Assembly: GCA_030704615.1 (NCBI GenBank)
Contig: CM060731.1
Coordinates: forward strand, 63,302,001 to 63,366,000
Direction of reading: 5' to 3'
Source: Takakia lepidozioides
Taxonomy: Eukaryota; Plantae; Bryophyta
DNA length: 64,000 bases
In this document: piece after piece, positions 47,374 to 58,714 of the stretch
Numbering within the stretch: the first letter of the stretch is position 1
Layout of the letters: every line of letters begins with the position of its first letter
Translations under genes and position numbers: made by a program
Notes under the pieces: model-generated
The model's database searches: none
The model's input: the letters and a program-made list of their open reading frames with translations, nothing else
Told to the model about the DNA's origin: nothing

Positions 47374-48951
47374 CAAACACTGGTTCCTTTGCTGAATTGC
47401 TCCCTGGACTTTAAAAATGAGCTGGGGAGGGAGAGGATGACAATGTCCAGCAAAGCTTGCATCTTGTTGGCTGCTTCTCTCTGTGATCTAGCAGGCATTC
47501 CCCTTTTTGCCTCGATTGTCCCACCATTGAGTGGGGTCGGGAAAATATGTATTCCACAGCTTCTCCCCATCTGTTTTTGGATACTTTCCTGCTGCCACAT
47601 TGGCAGTAACATGTGAAAACCACTCCGAACCATCATAGATCCACCTACCAAGCTTACTTGCAGAGTTCAACATGAATAATTAGGGACGATTCTGATAGGA
47701 AGGCGAAACAGGCTGGAATGTGTTGAAGAAGCTATCCTCACCACATTGTCTTTGACCTTGTGTCATGAAAGCGGCCAGCTTTTCTTTCAACCATGGAGGA
47801 TTCAACCCACCATCAACCTAAAAGGACCTCTTGTGTGTGCTGCCTTGTGTCTGTAGTCTGGTGATCGAATTGGTCTGTGAGGGGAACCACCATGGTGCAC
47901 CTGAGCAGCCATAAATTTAAACACAGCCTCCTGAGACCACGCTGACCCTCCCAAGTACCCTTATAACCATCAGGAGAAGTACCAAATCATGATAATAAGG
48001 AAAGAGCCCACACTTGCAGGATGGACAAACTTCTTCACATTGAAGATTGAGAAAGTCACACCTTGAGATTACATTTTGTCCCACCATTTAGTAGCATCTT
48101 TAAAAAACTCGTGCCAGCTCTGCTCCATGCTCCACAGTAGACCTTTGTGCCCGAAAACCCCACAGCATCAACATGTTGACAAGTTCCCTTATGGAGGAGT
48201 GCTAGTGAGCTTTCGACAACATTCATGCAAGCCACTTTGGGCGCCATTGGACTCTACACATTGAGGAACATTCGAACATGTCCAAACTTACACATATGCT
48301 AAACCAGCTTACGTCTATATTCTGGAGATTTCGAGAGGTCTATGAAAACGACCAGGGAGAAGCTGAGAAACTACAGTCCCAACCCTCCCAAGTACCTTGC
48401 AAACTCCAGGGAAAAGAGCTTGTGCATCCTACTAACATGCCCTGCTCAGGAAGAACAACCTCGATACGGACAGTAAATAAAGTTTTCGCAGAGCAAAGCG
48501 AGATTCTGCCTTCCCTCAACAACATTACAATCCAGTCCACACAATACCATCATACCATAGTTCAGTCGAACTTCCTTTCTCATCCTACATGAAGAAAGCT
48601 CACCTTGTCAAGGCTACTGTCCCACCATTGTGAAGCAAATTTAACGAACTCCTCCCAGCGCTGTTCCATGCTGCACCGTTGACCTACACGCGAAATATAC
48701 CAATTATCGGCCTTGCCTAACGATCCCGTGCGCTTTCTTGCTTCATTGCCCAGAGTACATAAGGTTCTGCTGAAGACAAGTCCGAGCCTGGATCCGAAAG
48801 CGCATACATACAACACTGCGACCCCAGAAAAGGAAACGGGAAGTGTTTGGTATCATCACCTGACTTGAATGGCATCCCCGAAGGCCTACGCAAGGGACTC
48901 CGTCGTCTGCACATTGCCAAGAGGGATGCTTCACAGCCCATTTGTACAAAC

Positions 48952-50461
48952 CAGTGTTGGTCTGGTATGGGTATCAGACCCGGGTCTGGTCCCTTGGTAC
49001 ATACCAGGGTTGATACCATCGTTGATACTAGGCTGGTATTCGTTTTCTCATACCAGCCACAATACCTGTACCCCCCTGCGGTCTTTCTCACTTACTCTGG
49101 TATGTGTACTATACTAATTTATGTGTACATATATGTACTTATTTATATTTATTTTTTGTTTATTGTACTTGTTTTCACTTGATAGGTACGTTCAGACTGA
49201 CGATTAAGTTGGGGGATAAAGTACCTCCGGGTCTATCTGTGTTCACATGTGTCCATGTCAGTAAGTTGACTGCTGATTGGATGTCGTCGTGGCAGGTGAC
49301 ATGGCAGAAAGTTATGCACGAAGTTAGGCCACTGATATTGCTATTTATTTGCAAGATCAATCTTTGAATAATTGTAGATGTTTGGGTTTGATATTGGTCG
49401 TATCTTATTCATTCAAATTTCAACCTAATAAGTTATTTATTTCTTACTGCGATTCATGGAAGGATGATTTTCATCTAAGTGTGATTTTTCTCATCATCTT
49501 CTTGTCCCGCCATCGCGTGTCTATGCTACAGCGGAAGTTGGAGCTTCTCTCATCGTGTGCTTCTTCCTTGATACCAGGCGTGTGTATTGCTTCATTCTCC
49601 GCTAGAGATTGCATCAGCAAGTACACTAACGACATTGAATGAATATGCTTTTCATGTTGAAAATTGGTTGAGTTTGCAAATCAGTTGAAATTCATGCAAT
49701 TCATTTTCATTCTGATCACTGATGTGTTTAGCTCTTGTGATTGCAGGTATGGCTTCATCTGTGCAAAATTCAGATGATGTTGGCGGTGCTGGAAAAGCAA
49801 ACAGAGGGAAAGGGAAAGAAAAACGAGCAAGACAACCAAACTGGGAGTATGCCGAGATCATGGCACTCATCAACGCGAAGCACATGGAATATATTTGGTT
49901 GAAAAATACAATTGATACCAGGTCGAATACAGTTAATATAGTTTCGAGGGGCCGCATTACGATATGATGTTGCAAGGAAAGTGATTATGCAAGATGCTGC
50001 AAACGACGCAAAGGAGAGCGATGCTACATGATGACGATGGAGGCAGTTTATGTCATCCATAGCAATTAGGGTAAATACATGTGGTATGTTATGAACAGAG
50101 GTAAGAGAGAATATAAATAGGTAAAATTATTTGTTAACATATGCATATGTGTGAACGAAAATAGAATAAGTTTCATGTGTAAGTATAACTCGAATATAAG
50201 AAGGTCAAAGAAATTTATTTGCCATGAAAATATTCACTCTTAAGTTGGTAGACATTTGGATGCTACTTATGAGTCTGAATGTACCTGATATGTGATAAAC
50301 TTGAAAGTCAAGATGGCTTTGGAATGATACCAGAATTGATCTCATACCAGCTGGTATTGTGGTCATGATACTCATACTCATACCAGTATCTGGGAAAAAA
50401 TACATCCACCATTATATAGACCAGTCTGGTATGTCCTAAACCTGATACCAGACCAACACTG
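48952..50461. mobile_element. Non-autonomous hAT element
   Basis: Perfect 17-bp TIR CAGTGTTGGTCTGGTAT and an 8-bp TSD GTACAAAC (48944-48951 / 50462-50469). Subterminal GGTAT/ATACC repeats. Confidence 0.9.
49184..50286 (+). mobile_element. PIF/Harbinger-like non-autonomous element nested in the hAT element, carrying a Myb/SANT-like ORF fragment
   Basis: TIR AGGTACGTTCAGACT / AGTCTGAATGTACCT with flanking GAT duplicated. ORF 49749-49967 encodes 'KRARQPNWEYAEIMALINAK'. Confidence 0.7.
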
Positions 50462-51795
50462 GTACAAACCAAGTTCGGTTGTGAACCCTGTTAGCTTTGC
50501 AAAAACTGGAAAAAGGTGTCAAATTTGAACATTGACAGTTCATATATATGTACATATATGACATCCCGCTTGAGGTTCATTTCTAAGTTCACGTCCGTCT
50601 CCTTGCCCATCCAGGAGGTCAATAAGATACCAAGGACTCTGCTTAATGTGCTCTATTTTGTGACAGCATGTAGTGAAGATTGCTTGCTGAATTGGCTGTT
50701 TTGTAAGGATGGCGGTTTTCCCAGGTTTCCCCCTCTGAACTTGATTGAAAATTGTTCATGCATGCATCTACTTAGTCTCGGTGTTGTACATAGTAGCACA
50801 AGAGTTCGGAATTTTCCAACGGGCATAACATCAGGGCATCACATACAAGATGACTCATTATCGCCTGTGCCGGCGTTGCTCTGACAGAAGAACTTATGTG
50901 CCATCTTTGAGTTATAAATAGAGCCATTGAGAGCTGTTGCTACCATTCCACAGATATTCTCTTGGTATTTGATCAAATACCTCAATTTCCAAGCTATCTT
51001 TCTATAAACTTTCTGAAGTAAACTGACAACAGGTGGTATTCTCACTTGTACTGCATAGTTGTAAGCTGTCCGAGTTGTGCGAGCTATGCAATGTAGAGAA
51101 ACAGATGGAACAGTGTTTTGGGTGAAACGCCGCATCCAATTCATGCCGCACCAATCAATAGCAGAATACCCAAATACCATTCAAATCACTATGTGACTTT
51201 CACGTGGCCACCTCGGGATGCAGGGCTGTAAAAACTAAAAATCAATAACCTTGCTGCAACCATGCTGTTGAACAGAGGAGCGGATGTGGATTTTGATCCA
51301 CAAAGGGGGAAACAAGTCGTTAGACAAGGCTTCCATCTTGGTGGGCTAAGGCTAGCTTTCCACAACATTCATGCAAAGTTAGTCAAGGGCTCTATTTGAA
51401 GCAGCATCATATACAAACATGTCCAAATTAAGATGCTGAACAAACTCCTGCACAAGGCTGCCCCTCTAATCAAGATCATTATGATCCGTTTTCACGTCAT
51501 CTTCAAGCTTCGAAGAAGCTCCACCATCCACACCATAATAATGACAGCACTCTGATTTCCTTCCACTATCACCAGAGCCAGTCAAAATCCCCCATTCACT
51601 CATTACCTGCTCCAGTCAGTTGCAATTATAGGCTGACTTCCCATGCTGGGTAGACTCCACTACCATTACCTGTGATATGCCACAGGAAATGACCTAAACG
51701 GTACATCATGGTCAATATTCTCAGAAGATGGTGGATGGACTGAGTACCTACACAGATCAATGAATGAAGACACACCTTTCCAGAATACCATCATT

Positions 51796-54405
51796 TCACC
51801 AGTAATCCCCACAAGAACAAACCCCATCTTCAAAGTGGTGAAAGCGGTTAGCGTCCCGTACAATAATTGCTCGGCCAACCATCTTTGAGATGAACTTGGT
51901 GGAGGTGTGGCAGTCACCACACACCCGAAGATTCGTGATGAGACGAAGAGGCGTCCTAGGGGCTGTGCTAATCAGCCCAAAACCAATGGCCAGCTTTTCA
52001 CTGTGGTGGTGGCAAAGAGAAAATTCCTTTTGCTCCAATACAAAGTGCCTGTCAGGCACATACCCCGCCTCCTTCATCTGCCCAGTCAATCTTCTCAGCT
52101 CAGCGCGGATTTCCTCCATTTTTGGATGCAATTTGTCATCTACAACGAAGGTGTGCACCCTATTGCCAACCTCAATGCAGCAGCGACCTGGATCCTTTCC
52201 AACCCCTCTGACTTTCATCATTTTTCTCACCTTTGCACCATCATCCCACCTGCCAGCTGCGGCATAGATGTTTAATAGCAACACATAAGTCGCAGCGTCC
52301 TGTTCATCCCACTTGAGAATAGATGTTGCTGCACGTTCAGCCATCTCCAAATTGCAATGGATTCTGCAAGCACCGAGCAAGGCCCTCCAAACCACAGCAT
52401 CTGGTTTGATTGGCATTCTGTTAATGAAGTCCTCTGCTTCATCCAATCGCCCCGCACGGCCAAGAAGGTCCACCATGGAGCCAAAGTGCTCTACAGCTGG
52501 AATGATGCCATGATCTTGACTCATGGAGTCAAAGTAGTATTTGCCTTCATCCACTAGGCCAGCATGGCTACATGCAGAGAGAACAGATAGAAAAGTGATG
52601 CTGTTCAGCTTCAAGCCGTCCACTTGCATTTCTTCCATTAGTTCCAGGGCCTCCATATCATAACCATGCTGGGCATATCCTGCGATCATCGCGTTCCAGG
52701 ATGCCACATCTCGTTCAGCCATATTCTCAAACACTCCCTTTGCATCCTTGATGCACCCACATTTGGCATACATGTCCACGAGCGCAGTGTTCAGAATGAC
52801 ATCTGATACAATTCCAGCTTTCACAATGTCACCATGGACCTTTGTGCCCTTTTCCAGGGCTGTCAGGCTCGCACAGGCATTGCAAATACAAACAAATGTG
52901 ATACGGTCGGGCTTCACCCCTTCCTGCATCATTTGCTCATAGGTCTCCAAAGCCTCCATCCCGTGCCCATGCTGCGCATATCCTGCCATCATCGCGTTCC
53001 AGGATGCCACATCTCGTACAGCCATATTGTCAAACACTGCCTGTGCATCCTCGATACTGCTGCATTTGGCATACATGTCCACCAGGGCAGTGTTCAGAAT
53101 GACATCTGGTACAATTCCAGCTTTAACGATGTCACCATGGACCTTTTTGCCTCTTTCCAGGGCTGCCAGGCTCGCACATGCATTGCAAACACAAATGAAT
53201 GTGACGTGGTCGAGCTTGACCCCTTCCCGCCTCATTTGCTCATAGATCTCCAAAGCCTCCATCCTGCGCCCCTGCTGTGCATATCCTGCAATCATAGCAC
53301 TCCAGGACACCACGTCGCGGTCAGCCATATTGTCAAACACTCCCTTTGCATCCTCGATACTCCCGCATTTGGCATACATGTCCACCAGTGCAGTATTCAG
53401 AATGACATCTGCTACAATTCCCGCTTTCACAATGTCACCATGGACCTCTTTGCCCTTTTCCAGGGCTTCCAGGTTTGCACATGCATTGCAAACGCAAATG
53501 AACGTGACCCGGTTGGGCTTCACCCCTTCCCGCATCATATCCTCATAGGTCTCCAAAGCCTCCATCCCACACCCATGCTGTGCATACCCTGCAATCATAG
53601 CACTCCAGGACACCACATCGCGTTCGACCATATGGTCGAATACTCCCTTTGCATCCTCGATCCACCCACATTTGGCATACATGTCCACCAGGGCAGTGTT
53701 CAGAATGACATCTGGTACAATTCCAGCTTTCACGATGTCACCATGGACCTCTTTGGCCTTTTCCGGGGCTGCCAGGCTTGCACACGCATTGCAAACGGCA
53801 ATGAACGTGACCCGGTCGGGCTTCACCCCTTCCCGTATCATTTGCGCATATGTCTCCATCGCATTCCTACCACACCCATGCTTGGTAAATCCTGCAATCA
53901 TTATATTCCACGTGATCAAACGTCGCTTATGCATTCTGTTGAACACTTGGCAAGCATCTATAATGCTCCCGCATTTAACATACATGTTGAGAAGGGTGTT
54001 GTGTAGAAAAACGTTTGGCGTGAATCCACTTTCAATAATGTGAGCATGCACCTGCTTTCCAGCTTCCAGGCATTTCAGCTTGATGCACTTATGCAAGAGA
54101 CAGACGTAAGTATCTGAATCTGCAGAAATGTCTCCTTGGTTTAAAGTCTGTAAAGCCTCTTTCAGTCGCCCTGCCTCACATAGCATCCTCACATGCCCAG
54201 ATGTGCCAGAAGAGGCATTGTGGACTCCCTCTCTTGGTCCTCTTTCAGAAGCTTTGGTCATCGTTGAGGTGCCTGATTTTATCAACTGTGCCGCTGTCGC
54301 TGCTGCCTCCAGTTGACCACCTACCCATGCAGGCTTGCTGTAGCTATCGATCCACAGGGAAACGTAGGTAATTTTGTGCTTGAAATCCGGCCCTCTTGGA
54401 TGAAT
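51796..54405 (-). CDS. PLS-class PPR-E1-E2-DYW RNA-editing factor (17 PPR motifs), tandem paralog; main exon
   Basis: Same architecture as the first gene but two triplets shorter, ending CSCGDYW. The exon begins after CAG at 54406-54408 with '[11 protein letters not shown]'. Confidence 0.93.
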   Translation of the reverse strand: [869 protein letters not shown]

Positions 54406-54677
54406 CTGGACCCACACTCTATCCCTGCTTCCTTCAGCTTTCCATGCCTAACACAAATCATGTATAGAACCTCACCTTGCTGCTAGCAGCTGACAATGTC
54501 AGCTTAGATTTGTTCAAGCAAACACCCCAACCCTACTTATCACACACTAGTTCCTGTGCTGAATTGCTCCCAAGACTTTTAAAAATGTGCTGGGGAGAGA
54601 GAGAGGATGACAATTTCCAACAAAGCTTTTTATGCATGTTGTTGTCTGCTTCTCTCTGTAATCTAGTAGGCATTCAC

Positions 54678-56135
54678 CTTTTTGCCTGTATTGTCCCACC
54701 ATTGACTGGGGTCGGAAAAATGTTCCTTCCAAAGCTTCTGTTCCTCTCTGTTGTCTGTTTTTGGATATTTTCCTGTTGCCACATTAGCAATAACATGTCA
54801 AAATCACTCCAAACAACCATAGATCCACCCAACGAGCTATTGCAGAATTCAACGAGAGAAATTAGGACCGCCTGTGATAAGGGCAAAACAGGATGAAATG
54901 TGTTGAAGGTGCCCTCACCACATTGTCCTTGACCTTGTGTCATGAAAGCAGTTAGCTTTTCTTTCACCCATGGAGGATTCAACCGACCATCAACACAAAA
55001 GGACCTCTTGTGTGTGCTGCTTGTGTCTATAGTTGGGTGATCGCGGATGGGTCTGTGAGAACCACCAGAGTGCATCTGAGCAGCCATAGATTTTAAACAC
55101 GGCATCCTAAGACCAAGCTGACCTGCCAAGAACATTGTAAACACCAGGAAATTTACCAAATCGAGATACTGACCACATTTGCAGGATGGACACACTTCTT
55201 CACATTTGCTCCATGCTCCACGGTACACCTTTGTGCCAGAAAATCCAAACAGCATCAACATTTTTGACAAGTTCCTTGATGGAGGAGTGCTAATGAGCTT
55301 TCAAGAACATTCACGCCAGTCACTTTGAGCTCCATTGGATTCTACAGAATGAGAAACATTCGAGCAAGTCCAAAACTCATACAAATGCTAAACAAGCTTC
55401 TGTCTGCAGTCTGAGATGTTGGAGTGGTCTGTGAAAACGACCAGGGAGAAGCCACAGTCTCAACCCTCCCAAGTACCTTGCAAACTCCAGGGGAAAGACC
55501 TTGCGCATCCTACTTTCAACAACCTTTCTACGGACTGTGAAAGCAGTTTTGCAGAGGAAAGCCAGATTCTGACTTCACCCAACAACTAGGGGTACAATGC
55601 AATCCACACTGCATGATCCTCCCAGACTTAAGTCAAACTTCCTCAGACTCCTTCACATCCTACATGAAGAAAGCTCACCTTATCAAAGATTCTGTCCCAC
55701 CATTGTGAAGGCTCTTTACAGAACTTCTGCCAGTGCGGTTCCATGCTCCAGCGTTGACCTACATGCCAGATATACCAATTATCGGCCTTGTCCAACGATC
55801 CCGCGCGCATTCTCGCTTCTTTGCCCAGAGTACATTCGTTTCTGCTGAATTGCGCAAAAGACAATTCCGAGCCTGGATCCGGTGGCGCGTACATACAACA
55901 CAGCGACCCCAGAAAAGGAAACCGCGAAGTGTTTCGTGTTATTACCTAATTTGAATGGTATCCCTGAGGGCACCATAGCCACTATTCCCAAGGGGGATGC
56001 CGCTTTCAGCCCCACATCCCAGCCCTTTAATCCACTGCACGACGCGAGGCCTCTCGCATGACCGAAGAGAGAGGATAGGCCCTTGGATATGGAGTGGGCA
56101 TGCGCGTGTAGGAGAACGCGGGAAGACGCTGCCAT
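54678..56135 (-). pseudogene. Eroded upstream exons of PPR gene 2 (transit peptide plus PDF motif halves)
   Basis: ATG 56135 'MAASSRVLLHAHAHSISKGLSSLFGHARGLAS'. 'WQKFCKEPSQWWDRIFDK|GTGAG' ends at 55679; 'CAG|THPRSPNYRHK..VDGRLNPPWVKEKL' starts at 55052; 'LWKEHFSDPSQWWDNTGKK|GTGAA' ends at 54678. Frameshifts and stops are present. Confidence 0.7.
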
Positions 56136-57907
56136 AGCCGCAGGTGACTAAGAAAGAGGCAGAAAGATATAGTGTGGCCCGTATACTTGCGACCCTCATT
56201 GCAAGACACGATTGCAACAACAGCAGCAGGATCGTCTATACACCATCATCCAGCTTCAAGGATCACGTATAGGTGTGAACTATCATTTGCTGCCGCACTT
56301 TTTCCGTCTCTTTCCTTCTGACCTTCCCAAGGACACATCGTCTCTCTCTCTCTCTCTCTCGTCCCCCAAACGTCACCAAAGGCGAGCTGCCCGCTCTCGT
56401 AGCCTTATCACTGTACTTCCGAGCACACCTTCAAAATTACCTCTGTGTCATCTCCTCGCCGTCGCCTGAGCAAGTAATCTCTGCTTGCCTTCTACCTCTT
56501 CTCACCAGTATCACCATCAACACCACCTTGATCTGCACACACACACTGGAATCGTGACAAGGATTACTGTATGTTGTGGTGCCTTCCTTCTTTAGGGCCA
56601 AAGTTTTAGAGTTTACTTATTGCAATAACCACACTCACAGCTCGCAGACAGACACAGCTTTTGTTATGTTTTGTTTTGTTTTTGAAAACATGAGGATAAT
56701 AATTGACAAAACGGAGGGCTGGCGATGGCGGTGGCGGTTGCGGTGGCGGTGACCTCCAAACGCGCAGAGGGAATTTTGGTCTCTTCGTCTCTCTCGTCTC
56801 AGGCAAGATCTGCTGTCACTCTTCCTCCTGAATGTGGCTTGCATTGGGGCTTGTGTTTAAGTTACCTTGTGAACTCTGGTTCATTTTGATCCTTCCAAGC
56901 CTACCTTAGAAGCCACTAGCTAATGCTGAGACATCCTCTACGTCTCCACGGCCAAAGCCGACAGACTGCCATCGAAAGCTCTGATCGACCTACTTGAGTC
57001 ATCACCATTCTTGTGTTGTGAAGTGTTCTGACCCTTCCAAGTTCCCGCGCGCAACCTTCAACCCAGCCCCGATCACCCTGGTGGTACTGACTGGCTTTAC
57101 TTGCCCTAACATTTAAACCTGCTAATGGAAGCCCATCTCCAACACCAATAGGTTCTGGAGGTAGGGATAAATATAACCCTCAATCCGTGGCTCTCACAGT
57201 TATTGTGTATGCGATTCAACCTGCTTGCATTAAGACTTGCTAGTGTTTGTTATTTTCCCCAAGTAGTCCAATTTAGTAGAAATTCAGATTCAGGATTCAG
57301 ATTGAGGAATGGTTCAGGAAGAAGCCCAATTGTTTTCGTCAAAGATCAATTCAAAGGGATGCAGATATCAAAGGTCAGGCATGCAAAATTTGGTGTTAAT
57401 GATCCAGCATGCAGCAGACGATCCAGAGCCAGACAAAAAGAATGAAGTTCAACTTTGTTTTAGTGAAGATTAACAGCTAAAGACAAATTGGTTTCAGAAC
57501 TAGAGCATTGCAGTGAAAAAACCAGTAGACACATTCACAAATCTGCAGAAAAAAAATCCATGCATTTAGGTCCATGCATCAGCAGTTGACTCTTGACACC
57601 TCTGGACACCACCTTTTAAAAAATAGGCTTTCACATAAACCCAGAGGAACACATATGGAAGAAATGAGAAATCTGTGACACCCCCCACTTGGTGCCTGCT
57701 AGCTTGTTTGAGAAATGCAAGTCAACTTGAAAGCAAGAATATCAGCCTTCAGAAGATGAAGTCATTCGTCTAATAAATATCACATGCATTGTACAAACCT
57801 AGTTTATGTGGTTTGAATGTGTGCGGGATTTGTCTCTGCAGACTTTCCACATACCTCTTGACAAGTGATCAAACCTCTACAGTTAGTCACACCTGATGCT
57901 TCGTACT

Positions 57908-58714
57908 TTACATGACCAGTTTCCTTGATTTATAAGTCGATGGCTGGTCTTCCATATCTGGACCAAAGTTGTATGTGTACACAGGGGAAGGCACCGGTAA
58001 CCAGCTAAACATTGCAGTGGCGATGCCAACAAGCTTAGAGATAACAGGAGAAAAGTAGCAAAGAGGCCATATGCTTTCCAACCGCAGTTGCACTGACTCT
58101 GCCACTGTTTCCGTGAATTTGTGGGCGTAGCCAGGCCCCGGGAGGACAACAGCAAAGCATCCCTTGGGCACCCTGACGCGATCAAAGTAATCTTGGGATA
58201 TTAGCATGCTAACCTTCTGCTCCAATTCTTCAACCCTCTGCCGCAGCGCCTCTTCCGCGGTAAAAACCCTCCCCAACATCTCCTCATATTCGGGTACACA
58301 AGCGATATAGCTTTTAGGACCGTCAAGCTCCTTGTAACTGCTACCACCCTCAGCGCCAATCAATGCTTTGTTATGGCCAGCAATGATGGTTCCACTTGTG
58401 GCAGGTTCAAGTTGTAATCTCGCTGGCAACGCTTCATCTCCTGAGAATTTGCTCCCTGTTGCAGGGCTGCCATGAGTTAGCTCCCAGGGGGAAGATGACG
58501 ATGAGACAAAAGAGCCTACCTCGCTCGCCCTATCAGAAATGACCTTTGATTGGCCTGCTGGATCTTTTGTGTTTGACTCCAATTTTGATAATGCTTCTAC
58601 TACACCTTCATACTCATCCAGGTCTTCATCTAATTCTCCTTGCTGGGCTTCTCTGGACGCCGCCCAAACGTTGGATTCCACCCAGTCATTTAAAGCAACC
58701 CTTGGTTCCGCCAT
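57908..58714 (-). CDS. Unknown protein (~268 aa) with a coiled coil and a VPKGCFAV motif
   Basis: Long ORF preceded by an intron acceptor (TTTGATAG at ~58746), with ATG at 58714. Confidence 0.55.
   Translation of the reverse strand: MAEPRVALNDWVESNVWAASREAQQGELDEDLDEYEGVVEALSKLESNTKDPAGQSKVISDRASEVGSFVSSSSSPWELTHGSPATGSKFSGDEALPARLQLEPATSGTIIAGHNKALIGAEGGSSYKELDGPKSYIACVPEYEEMLGRVFTAEEALRQRVEELEQKVSMLISQDYFDRVRVPKGCFAVVLPGPGYAHKFTETVAESVQLRLESIWPLCYFSPVISKLVGIATAMFSWLPVPSPVYTYNFGPDMEDQPSTYKSRKLVM

Noticed and set aside
44117-54043. Many plus-strand ORFs up to 390 aa
   Set aside because: Antisense shadows of the repetitive PPR coding sequence.
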